Shown here: in pieces, positions 1 to 9,476 of the stretch
Position numbering within the stretch: position 1 is the stretch's first letter
Layout: each line of letters starts with the position of its first letter
Virus record (IMG/VR): IMGVR_UViG_3300012943_000187
Span: 1-34,100 of that record
DNA: 34,100 nt
Source: a virus
Lineage: Duplodnaviria; Caudoviricetes
Direction: 5' to 3' (one strand)
Notes under the pieces: generated by a model
Databases searched by the model: none
What the model was told of the DNA's origin: nothing
Seen by the model: only the letters and a program-made list of their open reading frames with translations
Program-made: the position numbers and the translations under genes

Positions 1-26
1 TTAGTAGAATCAAACTTTAGAATCAT
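1..26 (-). CDS. 5' fragment of next tail-module gene (runs off window)
   Basis: ATG at 26 just after the fibre stop codon; reads MILKFDST..., reminiscent of the MFIRYNET start of 1339..1905. Confidence 0.4.
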
Positions 27-29
27 CAC

Positions 30-1325
30 TTAGTCCTTTGAACACCAAACAACATCAACATAAGGTGGCAACGTAGTAGTATCGTTAGTATCTCCACTTA
101 CAGAGTGATTATGGCTACCTCCAGAATCCGTAGTTCCTGAATGTGTATGAGTTTCAGCAGCTACAGTATAATCTGGACCAGCCGAAATTCCAGGCTGAAC
201 ATTATTAGGATTACCGCTAGTAAATGTATGAGTGTGGCTTCCTTGAGTATCAGTATTAATCGCTAATCCATGTCGATGTGCATCCGAGCCACCAGTTGCA
301 CCATAAGAACTAGCACCTCTTGGAAACTTACCATCTAATGCTGTAGCTCTAGTCCAGCCAGTTGGGCAAGAGGTAGTAAACATTGCAATCATTCCAGAAG
401 GAATAACTGCACTACCAGTTGCACTAGCCCAAGTTCCATCACCTCTTAAGAATGTAGAAGATGAAGCAGAACCAGACCCTAATCTAGCAGTTGGAACAGT
501 TCCTGATGCTAAATTAGAAGCATTAAGATTAGTTAATCCAGACCCATCACCAGTAATTACACCAGCTCTGGTGATATTAAGAAGATTCCTAATAAATGAA
601 TAATCATCATTAAGAGCTTGGATAACAAATGATCCAGCCTGAACTGCAAAGCAAGTAATCTTTCCATTAGCAGCCTGGTCAGTTTCCTTAAGATGTAAAT
701 AAGGAATAGCTCCAGCAATAATTGGAAAGTGACTTACACTATCAGTTGCCGGTGCAAATGTATTATCACCAGTAATTGAGTTATTACCAGTAAGTAATAC
801 GGCATTACCTAATCTTGCACTAGGAACAGTTCCTGATGTTAGGTTGCTAGCATTTAACTTAGCAATCTGGTCTCCATCAGCGAATGCAATATTAGACCCA
901 TTGGAATACATTACCTGGCCGGAAGAACCAAGAGTTAAAGATACTCCAGTTCCACCTCTTGCTAATGCTACTACACCAGATGAGATAACGGCTGCATCTA
1001 ATGTAATACCACTAATACTTCCACCAGTAATAGATACAGAATTACTATTCTGAACTCCTAATGTTCCAATACCTAAAGCAGTTCTTGCTGCACTAGCTGA
1101 AGTAGCTCCAGTTCCACCACCAGCTACTCCAATAGCTTTAGCTCCCCAAGTAGCTCCATCCCATTCTTCAAAGATATTCGTTGAACGATTGTAACGAATA
1201 ATATTATTGGGAGGATTAGTTGGAGCACTATTAAACATCTGTGCTGCATCAGTTGCTAATGCAATAATAGCAGCAGGAAATGTAAGATAACTAGTTGCAG
1301 TTGTTGGTACGTTCCAATCAGCCAT
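30..1325 (-). CDS. Tail fibre protein
   Basis: 431 aa, G/S/T/A-rich; GGTGATSASAARTALGIG and repeated LNASNLxSGTVPxARLG fibre motifs; C-terminal collar-like IPSGMIAMF..CPTGW and H-x-H repeats ending LPPYVDVVW. Confidence 0.85.
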   Translation of the reverse strand: MADWNVPTTATSYLTFPAAIIALATDAAQMFNSAPTNPPNNIIRYNRSTNIFEEWDGATWGAKAIGVAGGGTGATSASAARTALGIGTLGVQNSNSVSITGGSISGITLDAAVISSGVVALARGGTGVSLTLGSSGQVMYSNGSNIAFADGDQIAKLNASNLTSGTVPSARLGNAVLLTGNNSITGDNTFAPATDSVSHFPIIAGAIPYLHLKETDQAANGKITCFAVQAGSFVIQALNDDYSFIRNLLNITRAGVITGDGSGLTNLNASNLASGTVPTARLGSGSASSSTFLRGDGTWASATGSAVIPSGMIAMFTTSCPTGWTRATALDGKFPRGASSYGATGGSDAHRHGLAINTDTQGSHTHTFTSGNPNNVQPGISAGPDYTVAAETHTHSGTTDSGGSHNHSVSGDTNDTTTLPPYVDVVWCSKD

Positions 1326-1338
1326 GTTATTAATTTAG

Positions 1339-1905
1339 TTAAGTAGCAGGCTCGTAAATTATTTTAGAGCTGCCACCAATAACATCATTAGTAGCAACAC
1401 CAGCTATGGTTACTTTAGTAACATAATTATTAGCTGTAAAATCTAAGCTAGACTTGCTTAATAATCCAGATATACTAGTAACAGTTCCAGCTGCATTATG
1501 ATAAATAGCAAGATACCTACCTGTCATAACTGAATTAGTTGCTCTTTGAATCCAGAACTCTAGATACCAGCTACCAGCACTACCAGTAGCAATACCCGAT
1601 AAAGTAATCTGTGTAGCTCCATCAAAAGATAATGTTACTGTTTTAGCATTTGTATTAGCTGCAAAAATACCTCCTAATGACCCATGTAATAAATCTGCAT
1701 TAGTAGGGAAGTTTGCTGGGGTTGATGTAAATGATAATATATCTGCTGGTGTTGTAGTAGTATGCCCTAAGTTTCCATTAATTTGTGCATAAACTACTGG
1801 GAACTTATAACCAAAAAGAGGTAATTTTAACCAAGGACCAGCCCCACTCCCACCAGCGGAATCATATTCAAAATATTTATTAGTTTCATTATATCGAATA
1901 AACAT
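1339..1905 (-). CDS. Putative tail fibre-associated / receptor-binding beta-sandwich protein
   Basis: 188 aa, beta-rich; N-terminal IRYNxxxxxFE motif shared with the fibre; position in tail module. Confidence 0.55.
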   Translation of the reverse strand: MFIRYNETNKYFEYDSAGGSGAGPWLKLPLFGYKFPVVYAQINGNLGHTTTTPADILSFTSTPANFPTNADLLHGSLGGIFAANTNAKTVTLSFDGATQITLSGIATGSAGSWYLEFWIQRATNSVMTGRYLAIYHNAAGTVTSISGLLSKSSLDFTANNYVTKVTIAGVATNDVIGGSSKIIYEPAT

Positions 1906-3317
1906 TATACAACTCCTCTAGCTTTCCAGGTAACTGTAGCATCAACTCTATTTCCAGAGGAGTCGAATACATAAACAAAGAAACTTGTTTCAGTAATATT
2001 ATCAGTTACGAAGTATAGTGGCTGTGTTGATATAGTTGGTGTTACCGTAACCGAGTTAACCCTTTTGAATGTCCTGTTAAACTCAATTTCCGTCCCACTG
2101 GAGTCAGCGGCAAAAGCATCAGCAGTGCCACTATCCATGTTAAGAGCAACATTAAGGGTAACATTAAGATTATAAATAAAAGCTGCACTAAGATCATCAG
2201 AGCTAGCAAAATTCCATCTAACTTTAACATATCTAAAACTTGTCCCAAGAACTACATTATTAGTTACTGGGGATGAGTATGTAATATTGTCGTCAGAGTA
2301 TGAAATGTCCGTCGTAACAGCCGTGGCATTTCCATATTGTAACTTACTAAAAGAAACAACAATAGTAAGATCAGTAGAAATTGCTCCGAAGTCGAATATT
2401 TCCTCATAATACCCACTTGATAATGACGGTTGAAAGTATAAAGTATACCCAGCAGCAATAGCATCATCGATATTAGCCCAACCCATTCCAGAGAAATGAG
2501 TTGCCCAATCTACAGGATCTACTGCCCCAATAATTCCTTCAAGCCCAGCCTCAGTAACCATCTGAGCATTAGAGTAGGTTCCAGTAAAGTCAGCATCTAA
2601 TGTGTCTACGAACTCGAAAGCATCTGGCTCAGTTAAGTTAGCTACTCGTGTTGCAGATAGAAGTGAAATATTTCCAACAATATCTACTGCCGCAATATTA
2701 TATGAGTAAGCCCCACCAACTAATTCCTGAACAAGCTTAAATGTTCCAGTAATTCTACCAATCTCAGCTGAGTTTCTATAAACGATATACTCTTTTATAG
2801 CCCAAGATGAAGTAGGAGCAGTCCACTTTAATAATACATAGTTACTAATAGTATTTAATGTTAAATCTGGTGCATCAATAGAGGAAACAGTAAAGTCTAC
2901 ACTAGTAATATTACCGTAGACATTAGAGATTGAGATAGGTCTTACTAAGAATGTATATGTTCCGTAAACTAATCCAAGCTCTACAGGGTCTAAGTTAACA
3001 ACATTAGCTGAAGTCGTAACAATTGGAGTAGCAGTATCCCAATCTGAACCAAGCCTTACCTCATATCTAAATCCACCAGATACAAGAGTCCACTTAATTC
3101 TAAGATTGCTTGGAAATGCTACAGCCGTTAAATCAGTAATAGTGTCAGGAGTCCCGCTTACTAAATTTTGTGTAGTTCCACCTCTAGAGCTTGGAGGAAA
3201 CAAAGTATAGTAAGCGTCATAGAAATCTTTTAGTAGTAACTGTAAAGCCATATATGTTGTAGGGTCCGATTTATCCAGACCCCTCAACAAATTGGCAATA
3301 GCTGACTCGTTAGACAT
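1905..3317 (-). CDS. Tail protein with fibronectin type III-like domains
   Basis: 470 aa; Fn3-like segments (LRIKWT..YEVR..YTFLVRP; VLLKWTAP..YIVYRN..YSYNIAAVDIVGN); C-terminal H-type-lectin-like tail domain ending VTWKARG. Confidence 0.7.
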   Translation of the reverse strand: MSNESAIANLLRGLDKSDPTTYMALQLLLKDFYDAYYTLFPPSSRGGTTQNLVSGTPDTITDLTAVAFPSNLRIKWTLVSGGFRYEVRLGSDWDTATPIVTTSANVVNLDPVELGLVYGTYTFLVRPISISNVYGNITSVDFTVSSIDAPDLTLNTISNYVLLKWTAPTSSWAIKEYIVYRNSAEIGRITGTFKLVQELVGGAYSYNIAAVDIVGNISLLSATRVANLTEPDAFEFVDTLDADFTGTYSNAQMVTEAGLEGIIGAVDPVDWATHFSGMGWANIDDAIAAGYTLYFQPSLSSGYYEEIFDFGAISTDLTIVVSFSKLQYGNATAVTTDISYSDDNITYSSPVTNNVVLGTSFRYVKVRWNFASSDDLSAAFIYNLNVTLNVALNMDSGTADAFAADSSGTEIEFNRTFKRVNSVTVTPTISTQPLYFVTDNITETSFFVYVFDSSGNRVDATVTWKARGVV

Positions 3318-5223
3318 TTGGAGTTTCAGCCCAAAGAGGCTTTACATCTACAGTTCCATTTAGGAGATTAAATTTATCTCCTGCATTAGTATTACATGTT
3401 AACTTTATAGACATCTTCGAGTTCACAAAATTAGCAGGTTTCTGCTGCTCAAATTGTGATGTTAAACTTAATGCAAAAGCTGGAATAGATACGCTCTTTT
3501 GTCTATTATAACCCCAGTAGGTAGCTACTAAATCACCGACTCCAGTTACATCTAATACTAAATTACCGAAGTGATGCTGTTGACCTTTAACCTTCTCAAT
3601 AAATGCAAGCTGAACATAGGATGAAATCTTAGTTGAATCATCAGTATCAACTGTTGAGTCCATCTGATAGATATTATCAGCCAAAGATAGCTTCAAGATT
3701 TCCTGGTCATTTGAATCTAGGTCACAAGCAATATGTGTAATATCACCAGGAAATAGCCAGAGATTCCATCTAACCATAGCAGATACAATTTCACCATATC
3801 TGTTAAATGAATTAGAGTAATCTCCAACTAACAAGTGAGAGCACTCAGTAGCTGAATCTAATGGAACAGCAGCATATACTAAATACTTCTTAGCATCATG
3901 AGCTACAACTACCTTATTAAACTGAGCCTTGTTAATCCTTTTCCAAAGATCCTCAATGTTCCACGAGAACGCTGGGTCAGTAAAGGTTCCTGATTCAAAG
4001 CAATACAACCCGCCTGGGTCTGCTTGGAAGAATCTTTTAACAGAGGTTCCTCTAGAGTCGAGAATCTTAGAAATGCCGAATACGGAAGTTCCAATAGCTT
4101 TATCAACTGAAACTGGCTGCCATGTATCGGGATCTGTATCTCCACCAACTACTCCATAAGTTCTATTACTAGTCTGGATATAGAGAGTAGACTCCATATC
4201 AACAGCATTAGTAACACCAGAGATAGCATCAGATGGATCTAAATAAACGAATCCTGCTGTCTCATCGAATACCTCTACTTCAATAGCTCTAGATACAAAT
4301 AAATGATGTTCAAAACCTGGAACTCCATATAATACTACTCGATTATTATAAACTGTTAACCCTAAACCAGATGGTAAGGTTGCTCGATTATCAAATAAAT
4401 AATCAGCTGAATCAACTAAATCATCATCAAAGAAATCAATACCTGGCCAAACAGTAGTAGTATTATCATCAATCCTACCATTCGGCATGAAGAATAACTC
4501 ATAACCAAATGGATTAGGATTAGCTGCCCATAGAGCAGCAGGAATACCTTTTGAAATTAGAATTCTTCTAGCTACAGTTCCAGTAGGTCCAGTAGGAACA
4601 GGATCAAAACCAATCTGTCTACCACCAGGACATTCTGTAACAGCAGGTGTTTCTGGTCCGGGTGCAGTAATGAAACCAGAATCAGTTTCAAATGCAACCA
4701 TTGAAATATAGAAACCTGCTGACAGATTACCTGAGCTTAGAGAAATTGGAGCTGAGAATGATACTCCAGTAGGTGGAGCACCAGCAGCCTGTCTTAAAGT
4801 TCCAGGTCCAGCACCTTGATAAATATAAACATACGAACCATTAATACCAGTTACCCGATTATGAAATGTAATATAAGCACGATTAAGATAATTAACAGCA
4901 CTGAAGTCAAGGAAACCAGCATCTGTAATAAGAGGAGTCCCAGGGTAGAGCGAGTCAAAAAATTCGCCATCCGTGGTAAGAATGAGGTATCGTGAAGTCT
5001 CATTTAACCTCTTGTAAATAAAGTATCGTCGAATGTTATCTAGAGTCAGGATTTTAGTTGAGCCATCCCGAGTCTTAACTTCATTCTGAACAAAAGATGT
5101 GTTTAAAGAATCAATGAAATATCCCAAAGGCGCTGAGTCTTCACGCCCACGGGAATATAATCCCTTCCAGTTTCCTAGCGGGACTTGCTCATGATCCCTT
5201 AACTGTTGGGTTCTTTTTGGCAT
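3310..5223 (-). CDS. Tail nozzle / packaged-DNA stabilisation protein (P22 gp10 / tubular protein B-like)
   Basis: 637 aa beta-propeller-like; N-terminal GLYS..N.......VKTRDG pattern typical of podoviral stabilisation proteins; synteny after adaptor. Confidence 0.65.
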   Translation of the reverse strand: MPKRTQQLRDHEQVPLGNWKGLYSRGREDSAPLGYFIDSLNTSFVQNEVKTRDGSTKILTLDNIRRYFIYKRLNETSRYLILTTDGEFFDSLYPGTPLITDAGFLDFSAVNYLNRAYITFHNRVTGINGSYVYIYQGAGPGTLRQAAGAPPTGVSFSAPISLSSGNLSAGFYISMVAFETDSGFITAPGPETPAVTECPGGRQIGFDPVPTGPTGTVARRILISKGIPAALWAANPNPFGYELFFMPNGRIDDNTTTVWPGIDFFDDDLVDSADYLFDNRATLPSGLGLTVYNNRVVLYGVPGFEHHLFVSRAIEVEVFDETAGFVYLDPSDAISGVTNAVDMESTLYIQTSNRTYGVVGGDTDPDTWQPVSVDKAIGTSVFGISKILDSRGTSVKRFFQADPGGLYCFESGTFTDPAFSWNIEDLWKRINKAQFNKVVVAHDAKKYLVYAAVPLDSATECSHLLVGDYSNSFNRYGEIVSAMVRWNLWLFPGDITHIACDLDSNDQEILKLSLADNIYQMDSTVDTDDSTKISSYVQLAFIEKVKGQQHHFGNLVLDVTGVGDLVATYWGYNRQKSVSIPAFALSLTSQFEQQKPANFVNSKMSIKLTCNTNAGDKFNLLNGTVDVKPLWAETPNV

Positions 5224-5227
5224 TATC

Positions 5228-5416
5228 TTATTCTACCTTAGAAGTCTGCTTACTGTTTACCCAAGATGTATCAAATCGATTTACATCTGGATAAAATGGC
5301 AATACAGTCTTAACCTTAAGGTTGCAGTAATCTTCTGTAGCAGCAGATTCTACAATCTCATACTCGATAGTAACCTTATCTCCAACCCGAAGTGGCTTAC
5401 CGTCTTTATCGTGCAT
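5228..5416 (-). CDS. Small hypothetical protein (SH3-like DKDGKPLRVGDKV start)
   Basis: 62 aa ORF with AAGGAG RBS. Confidence 0.6.
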   Translation of the reverse strand: MHDKDGKPLRVGDKVTIEYEIVESAATEDYCNLKVKTVLPFYPDVNRFDTSWVNSKQTSKVE

Positions 5417-5425
5417 GACTACTCC

Positions 5426-5911
5426 TTACCGAAACTTCTTAAAGATCGCGTGGAATTCGATAACATCACCACTAACAGCAGCAGGCATTGCAGCAGCCGG
5501 AATCTCTGACATTACTACTGGCTGATTAGTAGTTAATGTCCTATCTGCCGTAATACCCGTGCCACCAACTACCGAAGCTGTAACAGCATCAGCAGTTAAA
5601 CCAATTGACATATTAGCGCCAATGGTTCCATTCTTAACAGTAAAAGTAGGCTGACGAACAATCATCTTCTTGTTCGCAGCATCATACTCATACTTATAAC
5701 CAGCTTTACCACCATGAATACGGAATGCAACTGGCTGCTCTGCACCAACTCCAGGAACTGCTCCAGCTAATTTAGTAGCAGGATTTAATGCAACTCCACC
5801 AGCACTATAAGTTCCGGGAGATGCACCTAATGCAATAGTTCCCAAAACCTGAATACGCTGACCATCATCCCACATATCAGTAACTGTTAACGCAACTGTC
5901 GATTCTGCCAT
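5426..5911 (-). CDS. Virion structural / decoration protein
   Basis: 161 aa, Ala/Gly/Val-rich; YSAGG..L and GYKYEYD..NKKMIV pattern; position in head-tail module. Confidence 0.55.
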   Translation of the reverse strand: MAESTVALTVTDMWDDGQRIQVLGTIALGASPGTYSAGGVALNPATKLAGAVPGVGAEQPVAFRIHGGKAGYKYEYDAANKKMIVRQPTFTVKNGTIGANMSIGLTADAVTASVVGGTGITADRTLTTNQPVVMSEIPAAAMPAAVSGDVIEFHAIFKKFR

Positions 5912-6570
5912 TATCGGTGTCTCCTGCTTGACTTAAGAGTAAAAGCTTTCCGTCTAACCGGCCCGGATTGATTTTGTTTAACTTCCCGCTTAAGTATCTT
6001 ATTTAATTTCTGATTAGCCTGATCCTCTAAAATGGCTGCTTTATTGGAGTTCTGGCCAATATACTCAGCAGCTAATGCGGCTGTATGATGAGCCAAATAG
6101 TTTAAAGAAAACGGCAACTCAATAATAGTCCCATCACTAGTGATTTCTGTAATAATACGATAGTAACGCAGACGAAGCACTTTGCTCAGGGAACTCTTAC
6201 AGAAAACTACGGTTTGCTCTCTCCAGGCCCATATTCCAATAGAGGATGAGTTATTGTCAACATTAGGTAGAAATCCTTTTTGAGTTACTAGTTTAAAGGA
6301 ACTATCTAAAGCACCAGTATCTTTTTCAAATAACTCGATGGGAACAATCATATCTGCTGGGCTAGCAATAGACCCAACTCCAGCAGCTACGGTAAAGTCA
6401 GTTGCTACCTCTTTATTAACAGTAGAACCATTATCTACAAGCTCATCAGCAAGGTCGTCATTAGCAATCTTAAGATACGGAAGTAGAACTGCATTAGAAA
6501 ACAGGTCTACATTCACATCATTAAGACATGCCCTTACACGATCCATTACATCAGAGGCAAGCTTGGACAT
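5911..6570 (-). CDS. Head-tail adaptor (tubular protein A / P22 gp4-like)
   Basis: 219 aa; DVMDRVRACLND...LLPYLKIA N-terminus, LRLRYY, YLAHHTAALA; synteny. Confidence 0.65.
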   Translation of the reverse strand: MSKLASDVMDRVRACLNDVNVDLFSNAVLLPYLKIANDDLADELVDNGSTVNKEVATDFTVAAGVGSIASPADMIVPIELFEKDTGALDSSFKLVTQKGFLPNVDNNSSSIGIWAWREQTVVFCKSSLSKVLRLRYYRIITEITSDGTIIELPFSLNYLAHHTAALAAEYIGQNSNKAAILEDQANQKLNKILKREVKQNQSGPVRRKAFTLKSSRRHR

Positions 6571-7205
6571 TATTTACCTGCTAATGCTTGAGTAGGAAGT
6601 AATCCAAACTCTGCTGCCTTTTTCATATCCAGGATTGCTAAGCACTTTGGGCATCGAATAGCTTTGATATGAATATTCTCAAAGCAAGCCGGGCATTCTT
6701 TAAGTTCAGCAGCAGGATTATAATCGATTAACCAGGGAGCATCATAATTAAGTTTCCTAGCAGCATATCGCTGATGAAAACTAATTAACCCTTGATTATG
6801 GAACTGCTCCCAATCATTCTGAGCCTGCTTTAATAATTCTTCAAACCAGCGAATCTGCTTAGCCTGAATATCCTCAACAACACTCTTATACTTTGAGATA
6901 ACTTCTGGAGCTGTAATCTTACCTTCTAAACAAGCCATCCCAGGATGTGCATCATGAGTAGCACAAACATGAGACATACAAAAGTCTCTAACGATAGACC
7001 TTGCAATCTGGATAGAAGTTACAGGAACATTAATATGCTGAGTAGTAGCTGGAAGTCTCAGCGTAAAAAATGAATCCTCAAAGTGATGGACAATAAAATC
7101 TTTATCCTCAGGACAAGCTGGAAGCTTGAAATATCCCCGTGCTAATCCAGGTTTAATTTCAACAGTCTCAAAAGGAAACACAGAGATAATAGTTGCCTGG
7201 GCCAT
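6570..7205 (-). CDS. Hypothetical protein with C-terminal zinc ribbon
   Basis: 211 aa; CPAC-x10-CPKC. Confidence 0.7.
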   Translation of the reverse strand: MAQATIISVFPFETVEIKPGLARGYFKLPACPEDKDFIVHHFEDSFFTLRLPATTQHINVPVTSIQIARSIVRDFCMSHVCATHDAHPGMACLEGKITAPEVISKYKSVVEDIQAKQIRWFEELLKQAQNDWEQFHNQGLISFHQRYAARKLNYDAPWLIDYNPAAELKECPACFENIHIKAIRCPKCLAILDMKKAAEFGLLPTQALAGK

Positions 7206-7783
7206 TACTGAACTCTCCTTAAATCATTTAACTTAAATGGATTACTTTGTCTTACAATACGTGCAGTATCAACTAAAAGAGATGAAGCTTTAAATGTTGG
7301 AAGCTCCTTAACCGGGTCTGGCTGGTCAAGGATAGCCATCATCTTATCTTCCTTCTCTAACTGTTTATTTTCCTCAATCTGTCTATGATCTTCTTCAGTA
7401 AGGAAATGCCTTTCAGCTTTCTCCATACGATTAATCATAAACTCGATTGGCTTCCATTCCAATGGTAAAGGATTATCCTTAGCATCCAAGAATGGAAAAA
7501 TAGGTTCATAGGTATACTTCTCGTGAATTAAATCATCACGATTCTTATTGGCCTCAACTCTTTCAAGGAGCCAGCAAGCTTTCATATACCAGTATTTTTT
7601 AATCTCTTGTAACCCGGTTCGATTACCTAAGTAAATACCACCTTCTTGTGTATATAAATCATAATTACCATATCGCTTTTCAGTCTGTTCTTCTGACCTT
7701 ACAAGGCGATACTTCACCTTATCGGTAAGTTGCTCTCTACCGTAAAGCCTAAATAATTTTTCGTTAATATCAAATGCTGTCAT
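7205..7783 (-). CDS. Hypothetical morphogenesis protein
   Basis: Start moved to ATG (MTAFDIN) downstream of the 7791-7821 hairpin; 192 aa. Confidence 0.65.
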   Translation of the reverse strand: MTAFDINEKLFRLYGREQLTDKVKYRLVRSEEQTEKRYGNYDLYTQEGGIYLGNRTGLQEIKKYWYMKACWLLERVEANKNRDDLIHEKYTYEPIFPFLDAKDNPLPLEWKPIEFMINRMEKAERHFLTEEDHRQIEENKQLEKEDKMMAILDQPDPVKELPTFKASSLLVDTARIVRQSNPFKLNDLRRVQ

Positions 7784-7790
7784 GTTAGGT

Positions 7791-7821
7791 TGGGAGAGAG
7801 GATTATTAGTCCCCTCTCCCA
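7791..7821 (-). terminator. Hairpin after capsid/decoration genes (terminator or mRNA stabiliser)
   Basis: TGGGAGAG..CTCTCCCA inverted repeat right after stop of 7830..8201; no clear U-tract. Confidence 0.5.
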
Positions 7822-7829
7822 CTTTCAAA

Positions 7830-8201
7830 CTACGTCATGCAAGGATACCAGAGGCCTAAATCCGGAACAAAGTATAAAGTAACAACTTCATACCGAGCCA
7901 TCGATTTAGTTAATGCAACCCCATAATACCCAGCATCAGGAGAACCACCTGAAACAAAATCAGGCGGTGAAGCAGCATCGAATAAAAAGTCCATCGGTCC
8001 TGCGAAATCAGGAAACGGCGGCTTAATATTAGCGATGTCCGTTGTACCACTAACACGAACCAAACGACCGGAAGCAATTGCACTTAAATCAATTGAAGTA
8101 GCTGAGGCAACTACAGGAACCGGAGCAGGATTCGTCTTAGTATTCGGAGTCTGCATCCGCTGGAAAGTTTCATTCGGATAAGCTGAATTAATGCTAGCCA
8201 T
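7830..8201 (-). CDS. Capsid decoration / cement protein (putative)
   Basis: Start at MASINSAY with AAGGAGG RBS immediately after the MCP stop; 123 aa. Confidence 0.6.
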   Translation of the reverse strand: MASINSAYPNETFQRMQTPNTKTNPAPVPVVASATSIDLSAIASGRLVRVSGTTDIANIKPPFPDFAGPMDFLFDAASPPDFVSGGSPDAGYYGVALTKSMARYEVVTLYFVPDLGLWYPCMT

Positions 8202-8211
8202 CTTATCCTCC

Positions 8212-9474
8212 TTAGTATCCAGTCGGAACAGCCAGGTTATCAATATAGGACTGCGCAGGAGGGCAATCACAGAAAAGATTCCATGAAGCCACGATATAAA
8301 ACACCTGCGAAGTCACTACACCACCAGAAGGACCACGAACTTCAAAGATCTTTCGCCCATCAACTTCATAGAAGCCAATAGGATGAAGTTCTGCACGACC
8401 CCAATGGTCATTGGTTAAGAAGTCAATCCGACTCTTACTCCACATATACGAGGACTTAACCGGAGCACCGGCAAGCCTCATATTATCAGAGAAGTAAAGA
8501 TTCAGACCTTCGTCCTTAGCCTGCTTATTGATAACAGAAACAAGCTGACCTAACTGCTCATAAGCCTGCACCTGACAAGGGTGCATCCAAGCAGTCAAAG
8601 CAGTCTTGTTATCCATACCCAATCGATCACCAATCGCATTAATTGCACGACGAGCAAAAGAAGGGGCTAATCCTGACGAGCTAGCATTAACACGATTGCT
8701 AAGAGCTTCAGGAGTGGAAGAACGGGTAAATCCTAACCAGCTTCCAGAAGTGCTATTGGAAACATGATAAGGAATACCAAACAAGGCAGTCGGGTTTGCA
8801 CCAGACAAACCTTCCGGAAGGATAAAGTCCCCACCAGTAATACCAGTAACAGATCCGTCAACAGTAATAGTCTTGTTGACTAAATCATAACCGATAATCT
8901 TGACAGGTCCAGAAGCCGTCCGATTAGTAGCTAACGTGGAATCATAGATATTAACTCGCTGACCCTTACGAAGCAACTTAATACCATAACCATCAGTACT
9001 GCACAGAATGGTATCGTTGGTAATCGTCGTAGTGGACGCCGAGGTAATAGTAGCTAAAACTCCGGTTCCATTCGTCTGACACTGAGATTCAGTCTGACGA
9101 CGGAATTCCGGCATTGCCTTAGCCATTAACTCCTTGAAAAGATTAATGACAGCTTTACGACCATCATCAGTCCCCCACTGAGCCTTAGTATTCCACTGAA
9201 TGGCAAGCTTAAAGTGATTGGTATTGATAACAGCCTTGTCATAAGTCTGTCCATCACCAACACCTAAATCTCCACCATCCGGGTCATAGTATCCGAAGTA
9301 ACCACCAGGACCCATAGCTAAAGGAATACGCATATCTCGTTCAGAGATCTGCTCCGTATCCTTCTTTTCAATAGACGAGAAAAAAGCAGCCTCGTCTAAT
9401 TCATACATCATGGGAAGCTTCTTACGAACCTTCTCCATCTGAGTTGCAATTAACTGAGTTCCACCAACAGCCAT
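8212..9474 (-). CDS. Major capsid protein (HK97 fold, inferred)
   Basis: 420 aa after acidic scaffold and portal; C-terminal WNLFCDCPPAQSYIDNL pattern typical of MCPs; high-expression-like codon usage. Confidence 0.8.
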   Translation of the reverse strand: MAVGGTQLIATQMEKVRKKLPMMYELDEAAFFSSIEKKDTEQISERDMRIPLAMGPGGYFGYYDPDGGDLGVGDGQTYDKAVINTNHFKLAIQWNTKAQWGTDDGRKAVINLFKELMAKAMPEFRRQTESQCQTNGTGVLATITSASTTTITNDTILCSTDGYGIKLLRKGQRVNIYDSTLATNRTASGPVKIIGYDLVNKTITVDGSVTGITGGDFILPEGLSGANPTALFGIPYHVSNSTSGSWLGFTRSSTPEALSNRVNASSSGLAPSFARRAINAIGDRLGMDNKTALTAWMHPCQVQAYEQLGQLVSVINKQAKDEGLNLYFSDNMRLAGAPVKSSYMWSKSRIDFLTNDHWGRAELHPIGFYEVDGRKIFEVRGPSGGVVTSQVFYIVASWNLFCDCPPAQSYIDNLAVPTGY

Positions 9475-9476
9475 AT

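Noticed and set aside
30-1905. Diversity-generating retroelement or invertible tail-fibre cassette
   Set aside because: No reverse transcriptase, invertase or TR/VR pair seen in the window; internal fibre repeats are ordinary protein-level repeats
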